A stretch of 64,000 bases of DNA from Acidobacteriota bacterium. GTDB taxonomy: Bacteria; Acidobacteriota; UBA890; WLXD01. The position numbers were made by a program, and so were the translations under genes. The stretch lies in NCBI GenBank assembly GCA_965248695.1, contig CBDFKD010000002.1, forward strand, positions 192,001-256,000. The letters run 5' to 3'. Shown piece after piece: positions 18,463 to 28,906 of the stretch. Numbering within the stretch: position 1 is the first letter of the stretch; each line of letters begins with the position of its first letter. The notes below the pieces were generated by a model that did not search any database, had not been told where the DNA came from, and worked only from the letters and a program-made list of their open reading frames with translations.

Positions 18463-20823
18463 TTATTGCAGGTAGCCAAGGGCACGGAGGGCACGCGCCG
18501 TCTCGTCGTCGATCACCACGTCCTCCGACTCCAGCAGCGGCTTGCGAGAAGAAATCATCCTCTGCAAACCGAGGCGGAGATAGCCGGTCGACGCCGGGGA
18601 CTCGCCGAACAAGTCCTCCAACTCTCTGACATCGGTTCGCCACCGAAACAGCTGCGTCGCCCCGCCGACCTCTGGCACCCCGCGAGACCACTCCATGAGG
18701 TGGTGGTCGTACGTCAACAGGCTGTCGACGCGCCATTGGTCCAGGTCAAGGTGTGCCAGCAGGCGGCGCTCGGCAAAGTGTGGTGCATCGGCGCCTTCGA
18801 TCGCATTCTGCACCAGCGGTACCAGGCTATCGCCGTGCTGCGCCGGCAGACGAGGAGCGCCCACCAGATCGAGAATCGTCGGCAGCAGATCGACGTGCTG
18901 AACGCGGGGCTCGACGCGCGTGCCGGCTGCCCAGCCGCCCGGGAACTTGATCACTAGTGGGACGAAGATCATCTCTGGATAGAGGGTGCGACCGTGCCCG
19001 AAGCCCCCGTGGTCGTAGAACTCCTCGCCGTGGTCGGACACGAACACGATGATGGTCGAGTCGTAGATCTCCAGCTCTCGCAAGCGATCGAGCATGCGCC
19101 CGAACTGCGCATCGTTGTGGGCGATCTCGGCATCGTAGAGATCCGTTGCGAGGCTCACTTCCGCTGCAACAGAGGTTCCCGGCAACTGCTGTCGCAGATG
19201 AGGGATCAACAGCTGATCGAAGTTGCGTGCGAGCCGAGAATCGGCGACGAATCGCGATCGATACGGCTCGGGCGGCGTGTAGGGGTGGTGCGGGTCCATG
19301 GAGTGCAAATAGGCGAAGAAAGGCCGGTCGGTTTGGCGCGCTTCGAGCCAGGCGAAGAAATGGTCGTTCACCCGATCCGACAATTGGGCGGGGCCGTCGA
19401 AGTTGCCGATCGGGTCGAGGAATTCGTGGGTATCGAAGCCGATGTCAAAGCCGAACCGAGACGTCAAGTTGATGTTGGTCACTACAGCGTAGGTCTGATA
19501 GCCGTGTTGTCCGAGCAACTTCTGCATCGTGACGGCTTCGGGGGAAAAGCTGTCGTTGCGGTCGAACATTCCGTGGGCGCGAGGCGCAAGGCCTGTGAGG
19601 ATCGAAGCAACCGAGGTCTTGGTCCAGCCGGACTGCGCCATCGCGTCGTCGAAGATCACCGCCTCGGTGCTCATGGCGTCCAAGAACGGACTCGTCGGCC
19701 GCTCATATCCGTAAGCACCGAGATGGTCGGCACGGAGTGTATCGACCAGGTAGACAACGATGTTCGGCGGCCGCCCGTCCGGCGAGCTCGCTTGCATCGC
19801 GGCGCTCAGGGCTGCCGGGACACCGGCGCGTACCGGGGCACCCCGGGGCGAAGCTTCGCCGGCTTGCTGTACAACGAGCTCAGCGTCCTCGGCGCTCGGG
19901 CTGGGCGCTCCAGGGGCGATCGGCGCTGTCAGCACAGCCCGGTGGAGGCGAAGCCCCGAGCCGGGCTCGGGGACCCGCTCGGACGGCACAGCCAGGAACG
20001 ACACACGTGCCACACCTTGACCATCCAGTGGCGTCTCGAAGGGCGACTCCAGCTCTGATTCGGCGAGTTCGACAACCTGAACCGGTGGGCTTTCGTCCTC
20101 GTAGAGGACTTCGACGCGCAAGGTGCGTGTGCCACTGTCACTCGCCGCGCCCCAGACGGACACCCCATCCCAGCGCAGTGTTGTACCCGGCGCAACGTCG
20201 ACGAAGTAGTCGACTCTGGTCAGCAACGGGATCTGCAGTGACTGCGCGTTGACCCGTACCGAGCCGACGGAGATATCCCGCCCGATGGCGACTTCCCGCC
20301 AGGCGACGGTCAGCTTCGGCCGGTTCTTATCGTTCGAGGTGGGAAACTCCTCGGCTGCGTGCCTGTATCGCAGGCGCATCACGTTGCGACCCGAGCGCAG
20401 CTGTGATCGTCGAACACGCGCGCTGTATTCGTGGAAGTCGGAACGCAGCGAGAACGTGGAGACGTGGTGCCCGTTGACCAGCAGATCGACCGCAACCTCG
20501 GCACGCGCCATCGGATCGGACGGCTGGCCGCGCAATCTGATCATCGTGCCACGTCGATCGTGGGCATAGAATTCGAGAGCCGACTCGGGCCAGACGCCCC
20601 ACACGAAAGGAACTCGCCCGTCCCAGCTCTCGTCGCTGCTCCATCCATACAACAAATGGGCGCGCGCCTCCGGAGACCCGAGCCCGATGATCCGCGTCTC
20701 CGGACGGACAGTTGCATGCTCGAAGTTGGCAGCAAAGTCGAACACGACCGGGTCGGTCGCACCACAGCCCGCCGTCAGCAACAACGCCGAGCTCAACGCG
20801 GTGAACGTGTACCTTCTCAACAT
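18463..20823 (-). CDS. Lipoprotein sulfatase-like hydrolase (alkaline phosphatase superfamily)
   Basis: Lipobox TAGC after ATG 20823; PNIVVYLVDTLRADHL, MDPHHPY, SDHGEE, LRALGY. The longer ORF-track start overlaps the divergent gene. Confidence 0.88.
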   Translation of the reverse strand: MLRRYTFTALSSALLLTAGCGATDPVVFDFAANFEHATVRPETRIIGLGSPEARAHLLYGWSSDESWDGRVPFVWGVWPESALEFYAHDRRGTMIRLRGQPSDPMARAEVAVDLLVNGHHVSTFSLRSDFHEYSARVRRSQLRSGRNVMRLRYRHAAEEFPTSNDKNRPKLTVAWREVAIGRDISVGSVRVNAQSLQIPLLTRVDYFVDVAPGTTLRWDGVSVWGAASDSGTRTLRVEVLYEDESPPVQVVELAESELESPFETPLDGQGVARVSFLAVPSERVPEPGSGLRLHRAVLTAPIAPGAPSPSAEDAELVVQQAGEASPRGAPVRAGVPAALSAAMQASSPDGRPPNIVVYLVDTLRADHLGAYGYERPTSPFLDAMSTEAVIFDDAMAQSGWTKTSVASILTGLAPRAHGMFDRNDSFSPEAVTMQKLLGQHGYQTYAVVTNINLTSRFGFDIGFDTHEFLDPIGNFDGPAQLSDRVNDHFFAWLEARQTDRPFFAYLHSMDPHHPYTPPEPYRSRFVADSRLARNFDQLLIPHLRQQLPGTSVAAEVSLATDLYDAEIAHNDAQFGRMLDRLRELEIYDSTIIVFVSDHGEEFYDHGGFGHGRTLYPEMIFVPLVIKFPGGWAAGTRVEPRVQHVDLLPTILDLVGAPRLPAQHGDSLVPLVQNAIEGADAPHFAERRLLAHLDLDQWRVDSLLTYDHHLMEWSRGVPEVGGATQLFRWRTDVRELEDLFGESPASTGYLRLGLQRMISSRKPLLESEDVVIDDETARALRALGYLQ

Positions 20824-20975
20824 CACTTGGCAGCTGGAATAGAGAACCGTCGAGACCAGAACAGAAGAAACGGCAGTTGTATTACTTCGGGAGCCACGGC
20901 GCAAAGAGCGGTTCGGGCTTCCAAGGCCAACCGGCCAGGGGGCATGTAGAATGACGCCTCCCCGGATCCCGAGCC

Positions 20976-23226
20976 ATGAAGACCACCAAGCCACCGACCA
21001 GGCACGCTCGCCTGATCGTGTTCCTGAGCAGCGTTGCCGTGCTGCTTCTGCTGCCGGCCAACGCGTCAACTCAGGCGCAATCGCGTACCCAAGAGGTTTC
21101 GGGCCACACCCGCATGGTGACGTTGCTGGCGCAGCTGCACGAGCAACAACCGTTCGGTTTGGAGTACGAAAGGGCTCTCGAGCGTATCTACGATCGCGTC
21201 GAACAGCTACCGAACGACGTCGCGCTGACCCAGCAATTGGCGATGATCCAGCGACTCGCCGAGGCGCAGATCCGAGCCGGTGAGCCACTCGCCGCCATCC
21301 AGCACCTTGACGAGGTGATCCACGGCGTCCGATTGCTGCGTTCCAGTCAGCAGCTGCGGCTGACGATGAACGGCCGCTTCTGGCTCGGGGTAATCTCGTT
21401 GCGACAGGCGTTGCTGGGCAACTGCCAGGGAGCAGCGGCGGCCGTTCGCTGTACGCTGCCGATCGCTCCCGCCGGTGTGCACCAAAGCCAGGAAGCCGGT
21501 CGCGAAGCGATCGAGCATTTCCGTACCGTAGCCAACCTCACGCAGCCGGAGGCGCCCGAGCATCTCGCTGCCCAGTGGCTGCTCAACGTTGCCTTCATGT
21601 TGATGGGCGACTATCCGGGCGCAGTGCCGGCGCAACACCGAATCGACCCAGCGCATTTCCCGAGAAACGTCGCGGAAATGCGACCGTTCGAGGACATCGG
21701 ACCGCAGCTCGATGTCGACACCTCCAGTGCGGGCGGTGGCATCGCCGTCGACGATTTCGACGGTGACGGCTGGCTCGACGTGATGGTGTCGTCTGCCGAT
21801 CTGGGGGGGCAGCTTCGTTTCTTCCGCAACACGGGCGACGGCGTGCTCGTGGATGCCACGGTCGACGCCGGTCTGGAGGGAATCACCGGGGGACTGAACC
21901 TGGTACAGGCCGACTATGACGGCGATGCCGACCTGGACCTGCTCGTGCTTCGTGGCGGCTGGCTGGCGACCGGCGGGCAGCACCCCAACTCGCTGCTGCG
22001 CAACAACGGCGACCTGACGTTCGTCGACGTCACCTTCGAGGCCGGCCTGGGCGCGCGCCACTATCCCACCCAGGTTGGGGCCTGGGCGGACTACGACCTC
22101 GACGGTGACCTCGACCTGTTCATCGGCAACGAGGCCTGGTGACGAGTACAACCGCCACTCCAGCCAGCTATTCCACAACCACGGTGACGGCACCTTCACC
22201 GACGTGGCCGCGGAGGCCGGGGTGAGCAACCGGGCGCTCACCAAGGGCGCCGCCTGGGGCGACTTCAACGACGACGGCTACCCTGATCTGTACGTCTCGA
22301 ATTTCCAGGGCGCCAACCGCATGTACCGCAACGACGGCGACGGCAAGTTCACCGACGTCGCCAGCGCCCTCGGAGTGGACGGCCCCTACCATAGCTACTC
22401 GGCCTGGTTCTGGGACGTGGATAACGATGGCGCCCTCGATCTGCTGGTCAACAGCTACCGCACGCCGCAGACGAGCGTTCCGGACGTCTGGTACTACGCC
22501 GCCGACCTGCTCGGCTACGAGCATCCGGCCGAGAAGCTGGCGCTGTTCAAGGGCGACGGGGGGGGCAGCTTCGTCGACGTTGCCGCCGAGTACGGTGTGG
22601 CACGTGTCAGCCTTGCCACGGGCGCCAACTTCGGCGACCTCGACAACGACGGCTGGCTGGATTTCTATCTCGGCACCGGGTATCCCGGCTTCGAGGCTCT
22701 GTTTCCGAATCTGATGTACCGCAACCAAGGTGGAACCGGCTTCGTCGACGTCACCTATGCGGGCGGCTTCGGGCATCTGCAGCGAGGGCAGGGAGTGGCC
22801 TTCGCCGACTACGACAACGACGGCGACCAGGACGTGTTCGAGCGCATGGGCGGACTGCTGCCCGGCGACGAGGTCGTCGATGCGCTGTATCGGAATCCGG
22901 GCTTCGACAACAACTGGCTGACCCTCGACCTGCGAAGCCCACAATCCAATCGCTTCGCTGTAGGTGCAAAGATCACTGCCCAGATCGTCGACGGCGGCGT
23001 CAGCCGAACGCTGACGCGGGTTGTCGGCCAGGGTGGCAGCTTCGGAGCCAACCCGCTCCGCGTCCACCTGGGCCTGGGCGGTGCGACACGCGTCGACCGC
23101 CTGCATGTCGTGTGGCCGGCCACCCGTCAGATGCAGACGTTCACCAACCTGACGGCGAACGAGCACCTCCTGATCCAGGAGGGATTCGCCGAGCCGCGCA
23201 CGCTCCCAGCCGCGACGACCCGCTAG
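20976..23226 (+). pseudogene. CRTAC1/ASPIC-UnbV FG-GAP repeat protein, split by a one-base frameshift (pseudogene or sequencing error)
   Basis: DxDxDGxxD repeats in both ORFs and an ASPIC/UnbV C-terminus (VHLGLG...VVWP). Removing one G at 22133-22134 joins them: FIGNE-PGDEYNRHSSQLFHN. Confidence 0.85.
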
Positions 23227-23366
23227 TTGCCGGTAGCAGGCCGCCGGAGGGAGTAGAATCCGGCTCGGCCGCAGCACGGGTTGCATGACGGGTGGCTCCC
23301 GTCGGCAGCATGGGTGGCTGTGGCCGCCAGGCCCGCGCCGGAACCCCTAGGACCAAGGGAGCAAGC

Positions 23367-24011
23367 ATGAACAGTCGAGCCCTTACCGCCGAGTTCATCG
23401 GCACCTTTGCACTTATTTTCATCGGCGCTGGCGCCGGAGCCATAGGAGCCGGCGGCCTGGTTGGCGTGGCGCTGGCGCACGGCCTGGTGATCGTCGGCTT
23501 CGCCTATGCTTATGGCCACATATCCGGAACGCATATCAACCCGGCGGTAACCACCAGCCTGCTGGTGGCCGGTGAGATCGACGTCGCCACGGCGGCCTCC
23601 TACATCGTCACGCAGCTCGTGGCCGGCCTCGTCGCCGCCTTCAGCCTGGCGCAGGTGCTCGGCGGCACGAGCACGGGACTGGGTGCCACGCTGCTGGCGC
23701 CTGATGTCTCGGTCAGCCAAGGATTCGTCATCGAGGTGATTCTGACCTTCTTCCTGGCCAACGCGGTGCTCAACTGTGCCGCGTCCGGCAAAGCTGGCAA
23801 CCAGGCCGGTCTCGCCATCGGCCTGACGCTCGCCTTCGCCATCCTGATGGGCGGCCCGCTCACCGGAGCGTCGCTCAACCCGGCGCGCTCCCTAGGCCCA
23901 GCAATCGTCAGCGGCCAGACCGCAAATCTGTGGCTGTACCTCGTGGCCCCGCCGGTTGGCGGCGTGCTCGCAGCATTGGTCTACACCGGCATCCTGAAGG
24001 AGCGCAACTAG
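23367..24011 (+). CDS. Aquaporin / MIP channel
   Basis: AEFIGTF, SGTHINPAVT and GASLNPARSLGP (two NPA motifs). Confidence 0.95.
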   Translation: MNSRALTAEFIGTFALIFIGAGAGAIGAGGLVGVALAHGLVIVGFAYAYGHISGTHINPAVTTSLLVAGEIDVATAASYIVTQLVAGLVAAFSLAQVLGGTSTGLGATLLAPDVSVSQGFVIEVILTFFLANAVLNCAASGKAGNQAGLAIGLTLAFAILMGGPLTGASLNPARSLGPAIVSGQTANLWLYLVAPPVGGVLAALVYTGILKERN

Positions 24012-24080
24012 CGCAGCCGCGTCGAACGCAGAGATGTCGGGCGCAGGAGAGCAGCTACGAGGTGCGGTGCGCCTTCACGG

Positions 24081-25934
24081 CTACTCCCACTCGATCGTGC
24101 CGGGTGGCTTCGACGTCGTGTCGAGCGCCAAGCCGGACACGCCGGGAACGGCGAGCAGGTTGCGGCGCAGCTCGTCGAGGACAGCGGCGCCGAGCTCGAC
24201 GGGACGCGCGGTCATGGCGCGCTGCGAGTGCACCGGGCGCACGACAACGAGCTCGCCCAGGCGCCCGTCGCCATGATCCAGCTGCACCGGCACCAGCACG
24301 GTCGGGCACTGCCACACCTGGTCGTAAAGATCGTGGCGCCTTAGCGCTTCCATCACCAGGTGGTCAGCACGCCGCAGGATCTCCAACCGCTCGGGCGTGA
24401 CCGTTGCCGCAACGGCCCTCGCCCCGGAAGGAACGTCCGGGGCGAGGTTCCAAACGCAGCGATTGATGCCGGCGACCTCGGCGGTGATCTGCGACGTGGC
24501 GGCGATCAGATCCTCCCACGGCGCCGGCCCGCTCAACATCACCGGGTGCTCGTAAGCGCGCAGATCCGCCTTCACGCCCACGGAACGCATCGGCAACACC
24601 AGCGTGTTGAGGCCGAATCGGTCGCCGATCGCATCCAGCGTATCGGCCTGCTCGATGGCCATCGCGGCTTCGTCATCGCCGCGACTGCACAGCAGGCGCA
24701 CACCGAGCCCGGGGCCCGGAAACGGGTGCCGCCAGATCAGATGATGCGGCACGCCGAGGCGCTCTCCGAGCTCACGAACCTCGGTCTTGTACAGATCCAC
24801 CAGCGGCTCGATGACTCGACCCTCGGTGATCATCTCTTCGATGACCGGCACCCGATTGTGGTGCGTCTTGATCGTATCGGAGCGCTTGCTCGCTCCGGTT
24901 TCGATCGTGTCCGGATAGATCGTCCCCTGCCCCAACATCAATTCGTCCACCGCCAGTCGGGCGGCCTCGGCATTGAACACCTGGACAAAGGTGTCGCCGA
25001 TCACACGTCGCTTCGCCTCCGGCTCGATAATCCCGTCGAGGGCGTCCAGGAATACGCCGCTGGCGTCGACGAATTTGAGGTTGCCGGCGATCCCGAGGTC
25101 CTCGAACAGCTGCAGGACCTGGCGGCTCTCGTCGTGACGCATGAGCCCATTGTCGATGTGCAGCAGATGAAGACGCTCGGGGCCGAGCGCACGCCCCAAC
25201 AAGGCTGCCGCAACCGTGGAGTCAACTCCACCCGATGCCAGCAGAAATACCGATCGCTCTCCCACCTGAGCGCCAATGTTGGCGACCTGATCCTCGAGAT
25301 ACCCATCCATCGTCCAAGACGCTTCACAGCCACAGATGTCGAGCACGAAATTCGACAGCATGCGATCCCCGTGAACCGTGTCGTCCACTTCGGGATGAAA
25401 CTGCAATCCGTATCGACGCAGGGAATCGGATCCGATGGCCGCGAAACGGTGATCAGGAGCCCCGTCCACCGTCTGGCTGAACCCCAGCTCGGCGAACTGT
25501 GGCCCGACCGACGCCACCGAGTCGTAGTGGCTCATCCATACCGGCTCGATCGCGTCGAGGCCGTTGAAGAGCGCATGCTCTCCGGTGAGGTGGAGGTTGG
25601 CGCGACCCCATTGGCGGCCGCCGTGAACCACCTTGCCACCGTAATGCTGGGCGATCTCCTGATGCCCGAAGCACAGTCCGAGGATGGGCACGTCGAGGTC
25701 ATAGATGGACTTCGTATAGGTGGAGTCCTCGCCTTGCGAGGCAAGGCTGGGGCTGCCCGAGATGATGATCCCGCGGTAATCGGCGAACGCGTCGACCGGA
25801 TCATCGGGTTGGCGAATCTCCGCCAGGACTCCTTGACGCCGTACCTTGGTGGCGATCAGGTGGGCGTATTGCCCACCGAAATCGACCACAGCAACGGCGT
25901 CGTGGCCCTGTCGGGTGGTCGCGGCCTCGGTCAC
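24081..25934 (-). CDS. guaA: Glutamine-hydrolysing GMP synthase
   Basis: DFGGQY, GLCFGHQ, QFHPEV, SGGVDS, GQGTIYPD, IKTHHN, HPFPGPGL, TSKPPGTIEWE. Confidence 0.95.
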   Translation of the reverse strand: MTEAATTRQGHDAVAVVDFGGQYAHLIATKVRRQGVLAEIRQPDDPVDAFADYRGIIISGSPSLASQGEDSTYTKSIYDLDVPILGLCFGHQEIAQHYGGKVVHGGRQWGRANLHLTGEHALFNGLDAIEPVWMSHYDSVASVGPQFAELGFSQTVDGAPDHRFAAIGSDSLRRYGLQFHPEVDDTVHGDRMLSNFVLDICGCEASWTMDGYLEDQVANIGAQVGERSVFLLASGGVDSTVAAALLGRALGPERLHLLHIDNGLMRHDESRQVLQLFEDLGIAGNLKFVDASGVFLDALDGIIEPEAKRRVIGDTFVQVFNAEAARLAVDELMLGQGTIYPDTIETGASKRSDTIKTHHNRVPVIEEMITEGRVIEPLVDLYKTEVRELGERLGVPHHLIWRHPFPGPGLGVRLLCSRGDDEAAMAIEQADTLDAIGDRFGLNTLVLPMRSVGVKADLRAYEHPVMLSGPAPWEDLIAATSQITAEVAGINRCVWNLAPDVPSGARAVAATVTPERLEILRRADHLVMEALRRHDLYDQVWQCPTVLVPVQLDHGDGRLGELVVVRPVHSQRAMTARPVELGAAVLDELRRNLLAVPGVSGLALDTTSKPPGTIEWE

Positions 25935-27412
25935 TCACGCTCCTCGGGCGCCGACTCCAGCCGTGCCAGCATACGGTCGAGCGCGGTGCGGTCATAGAGC
26001 CGGCCGGCCGACATCACCGCCGCGATACGCTGCGTGTTGCGAATGTCATCGAGCGGATTGGCGGCCAGGAGCACGAGATCGGCCTGCATACCGGCGGCAA
26101 CTGTGCCGAGCTCGTCCTGAAGCCCGAAGTACTCTGCCGGCCGCAAAGTTGCAGCTTGCAAGACCTGCATCGGCGTCATCCCGGCCTGTACCAGAAGCGC
26201 GAGCTCCTCGTGGAGGCTGAATCCGGGTGTCAGGAAGAAGATCGGCGTGTCGGTGCCCGCCATGATGCCGATGCCGGCCTCCTGCAGGCGAGCCACCATC
26301 CCGAAGGCCCACTCGGCGTGCGCCCGTGTCGCCGACTCGGGCGCGGGCTCGGGCTGCGACTCGGCCATCGCCACGGCGTCACGCGACCACTGTGTACGCA
26401 CGGGCTCCGGGAGGTAGCGGAACGTCTGTTGCCACTCAGGTCGGGCAAACAGCCGTGTCACGCGCGCCTTGACGATCGTCAGCGTCGGTACCTGCCAGGT
26501 GTTGTTGCTCGCCAGCCGATCGATCACCCACGCACAGCGATCAGCATCGTAGGTCTCCACGGCGCGTTGGCGCTGGGCCGAGTGGATGCTGCTACGCAGG
26601 GCGCCGCCGTCCTCGTCGGCTCCGGCGGCCAACATCTCGCGACGCTCCGCCAATAGGGCCTCGGCGTCGGAGGAACACGCCAGCTCCAGGTTGCGGAGGT
26701 GCTCGAGGCTGCTGAGACCCTCGATCGCCGCATCGCCGGCATCCAGGCTCAGGGGGACGTGCCCGGTCACCGGCAGTCCATGCCGGCTGGCGCGCCGCAA
26801 AACGGCGCGGTACACGTCAGGATCGAGCATCTCGTAGGCCTTGATCAGGTCGACTCCCGCCGCCGCCAGCTCGTCCACTGCACGCTCACCCTCCTCGACC
26901 GTGCTGACACTGATTGCCAGCTCGGGCCGGAACGGCTGGCTGCCGTCGTACACCCGCGGTACTCCGTCCACCAGTGGGCCCGCGACGAACACCCGAGGAG
27001 CCACACCTGCCGCCGCTGTTGCCAAGCCGCGCCAGGCAAGCACGTCGTCAAGCAATCCACCGGTATCCCGCACGCTGGTGACCCCATTGGCGAGAAATAG
27101 CGGGAACATCACCGCTTCGAGCTCGGGAGTGAACGTCAGATGAACGTGGGCGTCCCAGAGTCCCGGGATGAGGAACTGACCCTCGGCGTCGACAACACGC
27201 GGCCCGGACGGTGAGATCTCGCCGGAGTCGGGCGCGACCTCGACGATGCGGTTGCCAGCCACCCGCACGACCATGCCCGCACGCAGCCCGTTGACCGCGT
27301 CGATCACGGCTACGTTGCGGAACACCGTCCCGTCAGTCGGCGGCGGCCCCGAGGATTGCACACAGCCAGCCAGCAGCGCTGCGACAGCAACAACGAGTCG
27401 TGTGCACCTCAT
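25931..27412 (-). CDS. Lipoprotein amidohydrolase family protein
   Basis: Lipobox LAGC; IPGLWDAHVH, GVTSVRD, AGTDTP, ADLVLLAANPL. Confidence 0.9.
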   Translation of the reverse strand: MRCTRLVVAVAALLAGCVQSSGPPPTDGTVFRNVAVIDAVNGLRAGMVVRVAGNRIVEVAPDSGEISPSGPRVVDAEGQFLIPGLWDAHVHLTFTPELEAVMFPLFLANGVTSVRDTGGLLDDVLAWRGLATAAAGVAPRVFVAGPLVDGVPRVYDGSQPFRPELAISVSTVEEGERAVDELAAAGVDLIKAYEMLDPDVYRAVLRRASRHGLPVTGHVPLSLDAGDAAIEGLSSLEHLRNLELACSSDAEALLAERREMLAAGADEDGGALRSSIHSAQRQRAVETYDADRCAWVIDRLASNNTWQVPTLTIVKARVTRLFARPEWQQTFRYLPEPVRTQWSRDAVAMAESQPEPAPESATRAHAEWAFGMVARLQEAGIGIMAGTDTPIFFLTPGFSLHEELALLVQAGMTPMQVLQAATLRPAEYFGLQDELGTVAAGMQADLVLLAANPLDDIRNTQRIAAVMSAGRLYDRTALDRMLARLESAPEERE

Positions 27413-27449
27413 AGGAGCTCCTCGGCCGTGGACTGAACCTGCTCGTGGT

Positions 27450-27824
27450 TCACCCACCAGCACGCTTGACCACCCAGCCACGCCGCTCGAGATCGGCGAC
27501 CAGCGTGTCCCGATGGTCACCCTGAATCTCGATGGTGCCGTCCTTGACGGTGCCCCCTGATCCGCACCTGCGCTTCAGCTCCTTGCCCAGCTCGATCAGA
27601 GCCGCCCCCGTCAGCGGCACGCCGGTGATGAGCGTCACCCCTTTGCCGCGGCGTCCCTTCGTCTGCCTCATGACCCGGACGACACCGTCTCCCCGGACGA
27701 CCGGCGCCGACTTGCGGCAGCTACACCGGGTTGTCGGCTGCTTGCACCTGGGACACATCTGCCCGTGTGCGGTCGAATACACCAGCCCAGCGCTCCCACC
27801 GGCCGACTTACCTGCGCGACTCAT
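27450..27824 (-). CDS. Translation initiation factor Sui1/YciH family
   Basis: LVYST, CxxC, TKGRRGKGVT, LKRRCGSGGTVKDG.IEIQGDHRD. Start at 27824 or 27845. Confidence 0.92.
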   Translation of the reverse strand: MSRAGKSAGGSAGLVYSTAHGQMCPRCKQPTTRCSCRKSAPVVRGDGVVRVMRQTKGRRGKGVTLITGVPLTGAALIELGKELKRRCGSGGTVKDGTIEIQGDHRDTLVADLERRGWVVKRAGG

Positions 27825-27841
27825 CCCCTCACCCCGTTGCT

Positions 27842-28906
27842 TCATTGTAGCTCGGCCGCCGCATGACGCTGGTACGCCGGCGTGGTACGACGCACGAAGC
27901 TGTCGCCGGCTCGAACGACGAACAAGGCGGCGATGTCTCGTTGCGTAGCCCACGCGATTCCATCGTCGGGACCCATCACCATGAGCGCGGTCGCCAGGGC
28001 GTCAGCAGTCATGCAAGCATCCGCTAGCACCGACACCGAGACTCCACCGTGCGCTACTGGGCGGCCGGTACGCGGATCCAATGTGTGGCTCACCGGCGTG
28101 TCGTCGAGAAAGTACGCGTTGCGATAGCTACCCGACGTCGCCAGCGCGCCGTCGAGCGCTACCACGAGCGGCGCGGTACCCCCGGCGCCCGGCGCCTCGA
28201 TCGCGATGCGCCAGGGGCGACCGAACGTCGTCCGCCCCCGCGTCCGCACCTCGCCGCCGATGTCGACCATCACATTGTCCCAGCCGGCGCCTGCCAGGTC
28301 GGCGACAACAGCATCGACCGCGTAGCCCTTGGCGATCCCGGACAGATCCACGTAGGCGTGCGCGTCGAGCTTGGTCACCGTGACAGCTGACACATCGAGC
28401 TTGAGCTTGTCGGCGCCCACATGACCCAGCGCGGCGGCCAGCTCGGCGTCGGACGGGAGCTCGTCGATACGTCCCGGTGGCCCGAATCCCCAGGCGTTGA
28501 CCAGCGGACCGGCGGTGACGTCGAAGGCGCCGCCGGTATCAGCCGCCATCTCGATGGCGGCCTGAAGAACCTCGGCGGTTTCCGGCGACAACCGTACCGG
28601 CTGATTCGCCGACGCCCGGTTGAGCGTCGAGATCTCCGAGTCCGCTCGATAGGTCGACATCCGCCGATCGATCCGGTCCAGCGTCTCGGTGATCCGTTCG
28701 TCGATCACCTCACGGGCACCGTGTGCGTCGACGTCGTCTACACGGACCGTATAGCGCGTCCCCATCGTAGCGCCGCTGAACAACGCCCCAGGACGCGGAT
28801 CGGAAACGGCGCCGCAGGCGATCGTTAGCACCTGGAGCACGACGGTCGTTAGGACGCGTCCGTGCCTTCCCAGCTGCCCTTCATCTCGCCACCGGTTAAC
28901 TCGCAC
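27842..28906 (-). CDS. apbE: FAD:protein FMN transferase (flavin transferase) ApbE
   Basis: TMGT, MSTYRADSEIS, FDVTAGPLVNAWGF, DLSGIAKGY, DIGGE, ATSG, DPRTG, ADALAT. Start uncertain. Confidence 0.93.
   Translation of the reverse strand: MRVNRWRDEGQLGRHGRVLTTVVLQVLTIACGAVSDPRPGALFSGATMGTRYTVRVDDVDAHGAREVIDERITETLDRIDRRMSTYRADSEISTLNRASANQPVRLSPETAEVLQAAIEMAADTGGAFDVTAGPLVNAWGFGPPGRIDELPSDAELAAALGHVGADKLKLDVSAVTVTKLDAHAYVDLSGIAKGYAVDAVVADLAGAGWDNVMVDIGGEVRTRGRTTFGRPWRIAIEAPGAGGTAPLVVALDGALATSGSYRNAYFLDDTPVSHTLDPRTGRPVAHGGVSVSVLADACMTADALATALMVMGPDDGIAWATQRDIAALFVVRAGDSFVRRTTPAYQRHAAAELQ

Noticed and set aside
20824-21288. N-terminal extension of the sulfatase ORF as given in the track (similar extensions for nuoC, nuoH, nuoJ, pdxH)
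   Set aside because: The extensions overlap neighbouring genes or precede clear signal peptides or coupled starts; shorter starts were used.
22140-22142. Selenocysteine read-through of the TGA in the FG-GAP gene
   Set aside because: The same frame gives unrelated sequence and soon stops again; homology continues in another frame.
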